Under the pieces are notes generated by a model. That model had not been told where the DNA came from. It did not search any database and saw nothing but the letters and a program-made list of their open reading frames with translations. From NCBI GenBank assembly GCA_951406725.2, contig OX597815.1, forward strand, positions 152,148,001 to 152,212,000: DNA of 64,000 nucleotides. The letters are read 5' to 3'. Position 1 is the stretch's first letter, and each line of letters opens with the position of its first letter. Below are positions 41,288 through 54,390 of this stretch, in pieces. Made by a program: the position numbers and the translations under genes. The DNA comes from Octopus vulgaris (lineage: Eukaryota).

Positions 41288-43524
41288 ACGAGTTAAGAAA
41301 TAAGATTCAGTTGAATTAGGTACTTAAGTTGAGGCACCAAATCAGTCTGGTATTATCCGCACAGCTCGAAATAAGGTGAATAAAAAGCAAATGAGTAACA
41401 ATACCTTGACATCCTTGTTACTTATTTGCTTATATTTATATATATAAATAGAGTTTAACGCAGGTATAATTCAAATTCTTTTACTTCCGACACATGTTTC
41501 GAAGATTTCACAGATATTCCAAAAGAATAAATGGTGTAAAGCAATGTAATCTTCTCTTCAGAGAAGGGAAGAAATTAAACTCGTCAATAAGACATTTTAA
41601 CAGAAAATGATGGATATGTATAGTGATTTACTAAACGCTATTAATATTGTTTGAAAAAACGTTATATGATATAACGTCAGAAGAAGCCTATAGAAAGAGG
41701 AGGGATATATTTTAGTGAATGTTAAATATAAAAAGAAAATTAATGATTAAATTATATATAATGATAGAGATTACTTATATGAACTAAAGGTGTGTTTTTG
41801 CCAATGTTTACATCGGTATGCCCGCTCAATAACCGTATTTACTAGGGGATTTTTAGAAAAAATAATGAAAAATAGTTCAGAATTACAAAGAAGACAGAAT
41901 TCTTTGCCTTTTTCATAAGGTATCGAGATTGAGAGAATCAACCATTCTAAATTAAATTGTTCATTGTGGTCTTTTAGATCCCAAATTAATTTACTGAATC
42001 TAGTACTGTTACGTTTATTCCTATCCCTAAATGTTGAGTAATGAATAGAAATTCTTTTAGATAACTCTAACGATGTGCTTCCAATGTAAAATCGTAGTTT
42101 ATTACGAGTACTGATTATACACTGGTATATAGAATTTTTAATTCTAGAGTTACTTGACATAAACTTAATTCTGTTGACTTCAAATACAATAACCTTGTTA
42201 TTAATATTTCTAGAGGGATGGATGGTATTAGCAAAATTTATGTTAGTATTAGTAAATGTATTAATATTTAACAGTTTGTCATTATGTGAAGAGATGATTT
42301 GTAAGAGATTTATTGTGTTGGAAAAACCAATCCTAAGCGCATGTGAATTGGTAATATTTTTTATATTTAACATTAACTAAAAAAATATCCCTCCTCTTTC
42401 TATAGGCTTCTTCTGACGTTATATCATATAACGTTTTTTCAAACAATATTAATAGCATTCAGTAAGTCACTATACATATCCATCATTTTCTGTTAAAGTG
42501 TCTTATTGATGAGATTAATTTCTTCACTTCCCTGAAGAGAAGATTACATTTCTTTACACCATTCATTCCTTTGGAATAATATCAGTGAAATCTTCGAAAC
42601 ATGTGTCGGAAGTAAAAGAATTTGAATTATACCTGTGTTAAACTCCATTTATTTATATATTATACAAAAAATTTCCACGAAAAACTGAAGTTTCTACCTT
42701 TAAAAACAAAGAGGTACAAACTTTTACTTGTGTGACTTAGGACAAGGTAACCCTACAAGAAGGAATGATAAAACTACCTTCTGCAAATCCAAGCATTACA
42801 AATACTAACGAAGTAATTCCTCATCATAGAATTACATACTTTCACTAGCAACAATAGTAACTGAACAGCCACAAAAAGGATAGCTAATATAAAGATACTA
42901 ATATTAAATAATATTAAAATGGTAATATTAAAAAGCAATACTATAGTAATACTACTAAATCATAAGCAATGTGTAACAATATGACATGACTATCAGTGGG
43001 GGAAGATATAATTCTACTAAACTCTCAATGACTTGAGGTGTTTAATTTCCTGACATGTATCATGCTGATATTCTCATATACATACCCACAGTTACAGATA
43101 TATTTCAGCACAAATACACATATATGCACACACTTATACGTACAAAAACTCACAAACTTGCTCTCCTTTCTGTCTATCTCTCTCTCTCTTGAGAGAGGAC
43201 AGACAGAAAGATTGTGAGATAGAGAGAGAGGATCAAAGAGAAAACAGAAAAAGAGGAAGACAGTTGATATTTGGAAATGCATTGTTAACGAAATAATATG
43301 TTAGATTCAACTTACAAGTTCCTTAAATTTGCAAGGTTCTGGAATGTTGCTTTTTCAATTCTAGTAATTTTATTATGTTCCAGGTATCTGTAACATGAAA
43401 GTAAAAGTAAAAATACAGAGCATATATATGATAGAATATTAAGACATTATGACTAAAGAATTACGGTTATCATGAACTAATTAAGTGATAATTATATAGG
43501 AAATAGGGAGCAAGATCCAGTGAG

Positions 43525-43556
<32 letters not shown>

Positions 43557-43786
43557 CGGGAAGGTTTACGAAATTAAAGAAAAGACGAAGGCAGGTGGAG
43601 TACAAACAAACAAATGGATTAGTATGGCGCTCAGAAATAGAAATAGAACAAGTCTTTTATGTTTCGAGCCTACGCTCTTCGAGAGAAAGATACATAGAAA
43701 AAAACAAGGAGAGAAAAAAAATGCATGTAGGAGCTAACGAACACATATATATATTATATATATAATATATATATATATATATAATT

Positions 43787-43849
<63 letters not shown>

Positions 43850-46800
43850 CATATTATGTGTGTGTGTGTTATATACTCACACATATATATACATAGAGAG
43901 AGATTAAGAGAAAGAAAAGATGAAGTGGAAGACGTATATTACTTAGAAATGTATCGTTCAATGTAATAAGCATAAACAAGCCTGATCCAACTTACAAGGT
44001 CCTTAAATTGGCAAGTCTTTGGAAGGTTCCACTTTTTATATTCGTGATTCTATTATTAAGAAGTGATCTGTAACACAAAATAGTTCATAAAGAATTGTAT
44101 GGAGCTGATTTGCGATAAAATATTAAAAATTACTGCATGCACGTACGCACATACACACTCATATCTACATGCATACACACATACATATATACACCTACAT
44201 ATATATCGCCATACATATACACATACAGGGAAGAAAATTGTACTTGAATGTGAAAGATAGAATAATATACTATTTTTTTTAAGCCAAAACAATTTCCCAA
44301 GCAGTTTATTCAAAATTTGAACTGGCGTTTCACCTGGTCTCTGAAACGTTGTCTCCTTTGCCCTGCCTGATATCCCTATAGAATTTGGTCCTCCATCTTC
44401 TGGATTTTGTCTTGTGTGAGATGTTATCCACTCATCTGAAATGTCTGAGCAACAGTAAAGTTTCAATGTTAGGGACGTTGGCCTGCTGGAGGACCTCATT
44501 GCTTATGTCTTCCTTCGATGAGTGTACAGTTCCACCATATACACTTCCTTAGACACTTGAAGAAACAACTATGGCAGATAAGAAATGCCAAAGAAGGAAA
44601 GAATCACCATCACGATCCAACTCCATCTGACCAAGCCTTACATGCTTGCTCCAAGTACGCCAGAACCAGTCGTTCAAGGATCTGTCTACATAGCCACTTA
44701 AGGGTTTGCCATACCTCATGATGTTCGACCATAAAAAAACTTCAATCATCTAAGTAGCAATAATTGCTCCACCAACAATATACATAGTGGTGGAGCAAAC
44801 ACTGCTATTACCAGCAGTCAGATATCTAACGTTAGCAAGGCCAAAGAAGGCTGAAATCACGTGACCTGGTAGTACTGGCAACAAAGGTGGCATTGATTGT
44901 CTGATGATAGAAACAAGAAGTGCTTATATGCATCACAAGACTGTATGAGAGAGTCTCTCGTGGTAAATATCCAACACAACATCCAGTTTTAAGTGGTGAT
45001 AAATTTTGCCATACATACATACATACATATGTCAATATATAAGTAGCTAGGGACAGGCAAGGTCTTCAGTCTATGCTTTTTGTATTTGTATGTATGGATG
45101 AAAATGTGTATGTGTTTGTGTGTATAATGTTATAAATAATACACATCCATGTAATATATTCATTGATTGTATAAGGTACTGAGGAGTGAGTATAAACCTG
45201 TTGTTTCGAACTCTTAAAAATAGGAACTAAATACCTTACACATCACACAACACTTATTAAAATATTTACAAATGTAGTCCTAAATATGTATTTACAAGTG
45301 TGGCTCATGTCTGACAACCGTTTCGTCAGAATTCTACTCAATAGTGATTAAGAGCTAATCCACTGTAAAAGATTTTCAGACAGAATTGGCATACATTATA
45401 CATTCACAAATACACACAGATCCACAGACATGCAAACATACACACGTGCACATAAAACGGGTGATCAAAACAGGTGTCAGGATGTATTGAAAATGAAAGA
45501 GTATCAGCAAAAATAATCCAACTCACAAGGTTTCTAAACTTGGAACGCTTTTGAAGGATCCTTCTTCTATATCCGTGATTCTATTATTATATAGCGACCT
45601 GTACAATGTAAAGTGATAAAATATTGAACAAACAATTAAACTTATTATAAAACATAAAAACTATGTGACATTTATAGAAATTGTTATGAAATGTAATATG
45701 ATTAAAAGTATCAGTGGGTGAATTCAATGCATAAACAAGATTCAGTAAATTCTTTCTTTGCTATATTCTATAACAAAATAAAAAACAGAGCGACCATACT
45801 TGTTTAGATTCAGTAACTCAATGTGGTGTATCTAAGTTTCTTTTTACCTCAATAAATCAAGTGTGTTGTGAAAATACACCATGTGAAAAGAAGTTCTCAG
45901 AATCAATTAGCATTTGAATTTGTGGGAAAGTATTAATAATGATGATGTATTTCATTGTTTTGACTCTTGCTGTTCTCCCTGTGCTTGATGATTTCTTGTC
46001 AATATATTTATTGTTTACAGTAAAGGCGCCTGGCTCAGTGGTTAGAGCATCGAGCTTACTATTGTGAGGTTGTGAGTTAGAATCCTGGATCAAGATGTGT
46101 GTTGTGTTCTTGAGCAATATACTTTATTTCTTGTTGCTCCAGTTCACTCAGCTGTAGAAATGAGTTTCGACGTCACAGGTGCCAAGCTGTATCAGACTTT
46201 GCCTTTCCCTTGGATAACACTGGTGGCGTTAAGAGGGGAGACCGGTATGCATGGGCAACTGCCGGGCTTCCATAAACAACCTTGCTCGGACTTGTGCCTG
46301 GGCAGGTAACTTTCTATGAGCAATCCCATGGACAGTTATGATCGAAAGGGGGTCTCAGCAACAGTAAACCAGCCATGTCTGTATAGAGTATATTATCAAC
46401 AAGCAGAACCCATACATATTTCACGGAATTAATGGCAAACTTATTGGGTTATTTCTGAAAACTTAATTCAAAATCCTGAAAGCGTAGCCAGTGTTGTGTC
46501 TGTATGGTAAGATAGTTGCTCATCTGGTACTCATTGAAAAGTGAAAGAAATTGGAATACAATGATTACTTAATGTACTTTATAAATACAATCTTTATACT
46601 TTATGCACAGTTTTGTAGAATTCATACACAGCACTCATAAAATAAATATTCACTCTTAATTTTCCATTTTTCCCATAAGTAAAAAAGTATATCCCATACA
46701 TAGTGAAAAAATTAGTTCAATTAAAAAAATACACTTTTCTCTATCCACCACCTCCATTTCCACCAGCAGAACCACCACCACCATCTATTTTCCCTCTTTC

Positions 46801-47369
46801 CCTCCTCTCTCTCCTTCCTCCAGTCTCTCCCTCCTCCTCTCTCTCTCCTCCTCTCTCACTCTTCCTCTCTCTCCCTCCTCCTCGCTCTCTGTTTCCCTCC
46901 TCTCTCTCTCCCTCTTTCCCCCTCCCCTCTCTCCTGCTTTTCTTTATCCTCACCATCTGAACCTCACCACTCTGTTAAAATTATATTTTTAACTTTCCTC
47001 CTCTAACTTTAGCTTTTCCATCTCTTTTTTCTTTCTCCTCTCTTTCCCTTCAACTAATCACACGAAGGCCTTACAATTACAATCCCTCTACCTCATAATA
47101 TGGATTCTTTTCTCTCCCTCTTTTTCTCCCTCCCACCTTTACTTTTCCCTCTTTTGCGCTCTCCTTTTTCTCTAATCACGTGAAAGTGTTACCCAGGGGC
47201 TAAGTAACGCTATAAAAAGCAAAATTATCATAAGATTAAGAATGAATGATAAGAGATCAGGTATTACATAATTACATTCATTATCATGCAGTATTTTGTT
47301 TTTATGATATATACATAATAAATGCATGTGCATATGCATGCATTCATAGATAGATAGATAGATAGATGT

Positions 47370-47442
<73 letters not shown>

Positions 47443-50400
47443 CAGACAGGCAGATATATAGATTAGATAGCTAGCTAGATAGATAGATAGGTAGATAGAT
47501 AGCTAGATAGATACAAATATACATACATACGTAAGTATGTACATAAGACATGGGGCCATCAGCATAAAACATGCAGGGTAGAGGATCGTTTAGAAATGCC
47601 TTTTTCAACGTTTTCTTCTACACTGATGCCGACTCTTTCAGCCCAGATCATTAACTGGTTTATTTCTTCTGTTATGTATAAGACAAACAGTTAATGTTTA
47701 CCAACTTAGCTTTATTCAGATTGTGTAAGGAAATTTATCTTACACCACGTGGAATCTTGTGGATGGTATTCATAACAACACCACCTGATACCAACACATG
47801 GTTAAATTATTTAAGATGATGTAATTCGCCTCAGTTTGTTTGGTTATTACTTCTAAATCAAAATCTGCTTCGGTATTATAAAAAACCTGCAATTACTCTT
47901 CTATTGGTTATATGAAGCAGCTAAAAATATTGGTTTGAAACTCATCTGAACTTAAACTATTTCACAGCAAAACTGTTTTGGCAACAAGCATTTTTCCCTG
48001 CAAAAAATGACTATCGCAGTTAGTAATTACAATTCTAAATCTCATAATGTTAATCGATATTTTCAAAATATTGAGAATCGGTGAGCATTTACTGTATGAA
48101 AGATCGAAAAAAGAAATGCAAACAACTTCCACCATCTTTAAAGTTCTCATATACTGGCACATGCAACTGATTTGATAGAGATACCTGTAGAATATATTCA
48201 CCTTAAGAGTAGCTTGAAACCACAATTTGTAAAAACACTTTTTTTAGTTTCCTAAGTTGTCGTTGAGTGACAGTTGTGCTTAAAGAAAAAGGGAAGACTA
48301 CTACACTCATGTTAATAGTCATCAGTGGTGTTTCTAGAAAGCAGATGGAATCATGTGACATTAACTATTGGACAATAAAAACCTTGCTATACACAGTTAC
48401 GATTTTAATGACTGACTGAATTTCCTCTTCAGACCAGGGAAATATCTCAAATGTACTTGAAATAGCTGTAAGTCAATGTAATTATGTATCTCATGTTCTT
48501 TTGTCCCCCATTTATTAATCATTATTGCACTCTGTACATATATTAAAATGTAGAAATAAAAATGTAGTTCATATGAAATTAGGGTTGTCAATGAAATTCA
48601 ACTTACAAGGTTTCTAAATTGAGAAGATTTTGGAAGGTTCCTTCTTCAATAATCGTGATTTCATTATTATCCAGATGTCTGAAACAAAATGGTTTTCATA
48701 AGAAATTGACTGAGCAAATTTGAGACAAAATATTAATTATTATTGTTTGAAAGTTAGGTTTAGCATTAAATAAAATTAACATATTTATAAAAAATAAAAA
48801 ATGTGATTAAAATCGATACTAGGAGGAATATATCAGGCACAACAGATGGTGTCTTTCTCAACCATGCCCACACAGAGTAGTGCAATCGAGGTGGGGTAGG
48901 GTAGGAGGCCAGAAACTAGGGCTAGTGAAGCAGAAATTCCCCCACAGCCATTACTTGTGCTTTATTTATTTAGTCTTACATTTTATCATTTTTATTACCA
49001 TGTAATGCAGTCTTTTCTTTCTTTTTTCTTTTTACCACTTGCCGTCTTTCTACTTCCATCTCTAAATACTTACAAATTACTTCACAATAATTTCGATACA
49101 AATTATGAGAAAAATAATTCACCAAAAATTAATTCACGAAAGTGTCATTAATTCTATTATTGTCCAATATAACAATTTTAAAAATGATAATAACAGAATC
49201 AATGACACAGGCGATAGCAGGCTAAAAAGAGATTATTTTACAGCGGTGGCTGTTATGATTTCGACGTGAAACAAATTCAGTTGCAGCACAGACTTCGAAG
49301 CGATAGGTTAGAGGTCTCTAATAACAGTAACACGTGCTGAAGAAGCTAAGGTCTTTAGCAATGCAGAAATCGATCCACGTGAGTCCTAATACTTAAATGT
49401 ATGTTTGTAGATTATCCTAACCTGATTTTGCCTTCGTTTGATTTCTGTAGTTTTTCATCGGTGTATTTTTCGGCGATTTAATAATAAGAGTTTTGACTGT
49501 TATTTCAAGCAGGTTGACATACCTAGTATGTCCTTTGATTAATTTTATATATATCTATATATATATATATATATATATAGTGCATACTTCATACAGTAGT
49601 AAGGACTTTTAACTCTTATTTCTCGTAATAGAAGTGGTATTTGGCACCCTCAGTCACATTTAGTGATGATCAAATTTTATTTTTATGGTCGTATATTGCA
49701 TCTAGCTGATTAGATTAATTTTTACTATACGCATTAGCAGTTCACTAAATCAGCCATAAATTTATATGGCAAATATGTATACTGACAGATCAATTTAGCC
49801 AAACCATCTGAGTAATGAGTCTACAACTGACAGATGAAGCAAGTCTAGTCTGGTGTCGGATTCAACTTACAATTTCCTTAAATTGACAAGATTTTGGAAG
49901 GCACCATTTTCAATTGTCTTGATTTTGTTTTGTTCCAGGTATCTGTAATATGAAAGTGAGTTCATAAGTAAAATTACAGAGCAGATTTGTGATATGCACA
50001 TACATAACAAAACTAATCATGCCGCCTGTGCAATGTGGTAGCTGCTCTACTAAGCACATCACTTCAAACATCAACTCGAGTCATATGCAAGTGATCCTTT
50101 TCATCTTGATCACTTGAAACAAGTAGGGTGGCACAGCGCTGAAGTAATGCTCCAGAGTGGCAAACCCACTGGCAACGCTGCTGCTCTCCTCTCAGAAACA
50201 ACAGGCAGACAACACTTGCTGACTTAAGCATACACTTTGAAGTTGAGACGCTTTTGGAAAACAACTTGGCTATGGTTCTGTTCTTGCACAGCAGCAGCTT
50301 GGCATCACCACTCAATCAAGTGAACATGCAAACTGTTGCTCTGATTTTACCGTTCCTCTCATACGGGCAGGTTGGTGGAAACCTCAATGGTGGTGCAAGA

Positions 50401-53400
50401 AGTGTGAGTGTGCTGCCTTTATGCACCAAACCCTCAATGAGCTGGAGCGCTGTGTATGTGCAATGCATCAGTAGGATAAACTAATATGTCTCAATGCATG
50501 CATACATATACAAATATTATATATTACGCACACACATACAAAAACATGTGTGTGAAAGAGAGAGAGAGAGGGAGAGAAAGAGGTTGAGAAGAAATGATAT
50601 CTAGAAATGTATGGTTAATGTAATAGTGTTAAAAAGTTTAGTCAAACTTACAAGATCATTAAATTAGGGAAGTTTTGAAAGGCTCTTTCTCCAATGTGCT
50701 TGATGTCATTTCTAAGAAGAGATCTGTAACATGAAGGAGGCTTCATAAGAATTTGTATTTAGCTGATTTATGATAACATTTTAAAATTAAGGTTCAACAA
50801 TTAAGTGTAATACAAATCTGAATTTAACAGAAATAAGGAAATATGAGGAAATTATCAGGTATACCAATAGTTGAATCCTTGTGCCTCCACAGCAAAACAT
50901 TGATTGTATCTGCCACAAATGAACACCTAAATTGTACCATAGTTTTGAAAACTTACCTTTCATTATAAAATTGAATAATTGTATTAGCCACATTTTCTGT
51001 AAGCTAGATTCATTAAAACATATTATTTTATAAAGCCAATGAATATCAGAGAAATGGATAAACTTAGATATGTTTCGACCAAAGATTGGTCCAGGCCATG
51101 TCTAACTTAATAGCACCACCTGATAGGATTATTCGAATCCTGTTTAAGGCAAGTTTTATTCAAGTAGTGAGTTCTTGCTGGGTGAGTTGTATCAAGTTTT
51201 GTTCAAGTTCTTGTTGGGTGAGTTGTATCCAATTATGGGTAGCTTATCTGGTATTCTTTGAAGGAATCTATCCAGACTCTGTTTAAAGTTGATAGGATCC
51301 TTTTCCTCTTTGATCTCCCTCGGGACAATGTTAAATAGGGCAGGGCCTGTTGAGGAAAAGAAATTATGTTGCAGTGTACATGTATGTTGTGATCTTGAAT
51401 TGGGCAGGAGTCGTATGGCCCGTGGTCTCAGTCTTGGATGAACCTTGAAGCTAATGTTAAGGCCGTTTGGGCAAAGTTGGCGGTATATTCTCCACATCGT
51501 ACAAATGATGTACCGCTCACGGCGATACTGGAGGGAGTAAAGTTTCAAGGCTTTAAGGCGATCCCAATAATCGAGAGCGGCCATGCCTTCAATTTGTTTA
51601 GTGAGTGCCCTCTGGGGAGACTCAATTCTGGAGATGTTTTGTCTTGTATGGGGAGACCACAGTGGGCAGCAGTATTCAAGGTGTGGCTGTACAAGGGAGG
51701 AAAATGTGGTATGATGACACCTTGTTCTCTGGACCGGAAAGTTCTTAAGATCCAGGAACTCATCCTACGAGCTATATCGACCTTCTTGTTGATGTGTGCA
51801 CTCCAACTGAGATCGTCATCAACAATTACACCCAGGTCTCTGATATTGTTAGAGGCTGTGAGCGGTTCCCCTGAAGGAAGAGAGTATGGTTGTTTTAGTG
51901 AGGAATTTCTTCCAAAATGCATCAGCTCAAATTTTCCCTCATTCAGTTGCATTTTGTTTCTGTCTGCCCATTGACTCACGGCATATAGATCAGACTGGAG
52001 TCTGCTTCTTCATTGACGATTTGCTGGAACTATTTTCACAGCAAATATTTTCACTTTGCAGTAATGTACGACACTGGAAAGGTCGTTTATGTAAATTATG
52101 AAGAGTAGCGGACCCAAAACAGTCCCCTGGGGAACACCGCTGGTGTCTTTTGCTGGGCTTGAGTGGACTCCATCAACTACAACATGTTGTGTTCTATTCG
52201 CCAGGAAATACTTAATCCAGTGTAGAACTTTTCCACGGATTCCAACATTTGCCAATTTTGAGAGTAGGATATTATGGTCTACCCTGTCGAACGCTTTACT
52301 GAAGTCAAGATATATGATGTCAGAGTTCAAACCTGTTCCCAAGGCTTTGAGTACATCTTCAATGTGGTGTAAGAGCTGTGTTAGACAGTCCCTGCCACAG
52401 CGAAAGCCATGCTGATTTGCATTTAGGAGTTTATGGGTCTCCAGGAAGTCAGCTATCCTTGATCTTAACACTCTTTCAAACACTTTAATGATGTGGGAGG
52501 TGAGTGAGATTGGGCGATAGTTGACTGCGAGGGATCTGTTTCCCTGTTTGAAAACCGGGATGACCGACTGGGATAGAAACTGTTTCGGTATATAACCTGC
52601 GTCTAACGAATTTCTCCAGAGGTTGGTCAGAGGGACTGCAAGTTGGTGTCTACATTCCTTCAGGAGACTAGCAGGGAATCTATCAGGGCCTACAGCAGAG
52701 TAATATTTGACCTCATTTATTGCTGCTACGATGTCAGTGGCAGTGAAGGTTATGTCTGAGATTTTATGTTGGGAGTCAACTTCGTTCGTTTCTCTTATGT
52801 CAATATCAGTGGGAACACTGAAGACAGAGCAAGGCTGACTGCACTAATGTCAAGCTTCGACCTCTTTCATCTCTTCTATAGTAGAGATTATCGCCATCAC
52901 TGTTTCTGTAAACGTTTCCAGTTGATATAAAGGTCATGCAGGTTTTAATGAGTTTGGAGTGGATTTTTTCTACAGACCAGTCAAGCATCCTGAATGTTGG
53001 CATCAGCCCTGATATCGAAAATTCATTGTAGGATATTGTTTTCCAAGAGGAGAGTTCTGACCACCATATTTCCTAGGTCACCTTTCTATATGTTTTCATA
53101 AATGCCTGGGTGTTTCTAACATTCCTTGTGTGAAACAGGAAAGGTAGAGAAACCGCTGATGAAGAGGTTTTGAGTTTGAGGAACTGATTTTCCTTGTTCA
53201 ACAACCAACTTTGAACATTTCTTTTGACCAAATTCTATTGTTATGTCAACTGAAAACATTATTAATTCCAGCTGTATTTTAGAATTTGTAAAAATTTTAA
53301 TATAGATTTTCTGATCATCCACAAAGAAATTACAGGTTACATAGATACCCCTTGAAATTGCTGACACTATCATGAAACCATTGGATTTTTGCAAAAAATG

Positions 53401-54227
53401 TGATAATCGATTTAATGTGAAAATAAAGAGAATTAAAGAAAAACTAGCATCCTGAAATATTGCCTTTCAAATATATATAACTGGAAAATTTCTTTTTAAA
53501 TATACATGATAATGACAAAAATATTTATAATACTGATTTGAAATTTGGACACAAGACCAGCAGTTTTTGTGGGAAGGGGCTAAGTCGATTAAGCAAACCC
53601 CAGTATTCAACTGGTACTTATTTTATTGACCCCGAAAGGATGAAAGGCAAAGTAAACCTCGGCGAAATTTGAACTTAGAACATAAAGATGAACGAAATGC
53701 TGCTAAGCATTTTGTTCAACACGTTAATGATTCTGCCAATTTTCTGTGCTAAAAAACTAATTATGATACTGGTTTCAAGCTTTGGCACAAGTCCAGCAAT
53801 TTGTGGAGAGGGCGCAAGTTGATTTCATCGACCCCAGTGTTCAATAGCTACTTATTTTATCGACCCCCAAAAGGATGAAAGGCAAAGTTGACCCCTGCAG
53901 AATTTGATATCAGAACATAGACAGACAAAATGCTGCTAAGCATTTTTGCTGGGCATGCTAATGATTGTGCCAACTCAAAAGTATTCATAATATTAAAATA
54001 TAATAATAACATATCAATATGTATGTGCATGTTAACTGCTTGAAACAAAAAAACATTCATGTAATATATAAGAAAATCCTTTACATCACTGTTTTATATT
54101 AGGTATAAAAATGTAGCTCCAAATACACTGTCAGGAGTGAATGTCATGGCTGGCAAACATTTGGTTACAGCTTTACTCAACTAATGATCAAGATCTAAAT
54201 CACAGTACATTCATGTTAATGCTCTTC

Positions 54228-54267
<40 letters not shown>

Positions 54268-54342
54268 ATTCATGGATATACAAGCATATACATAACCAGC
54301 CATCACACACAAGCAAAAGTATATATAATGAGCATGATAATG

Positions 54343-54390
<48 letters not shown>

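Larger units (their letters stand above)
41445..42652. mobile_element. Penelope-like element: GIY-YIG ORF flanked by ~290-bp inverted terminal repeats, inserted in (TA)n
   Basis: Inverted repeats at about 41445-41735 / 42357-42652; each contains a hammerhead. Confidence 0.88.
42735..46415 (+). repeat. Segmental duplication unit, copy 1 (3 LRR exons plus introns)
   Basis: Colinear, highly similar match to 56720-63135, including intronic RTE relics and a tRNA-SINE. Confidence 0.95.

Noticed and set aside
41285-41380. TTGACGA...TCGAAA possible hammerhead
   Set aside because: Core and stems are too degenerate to support a call.
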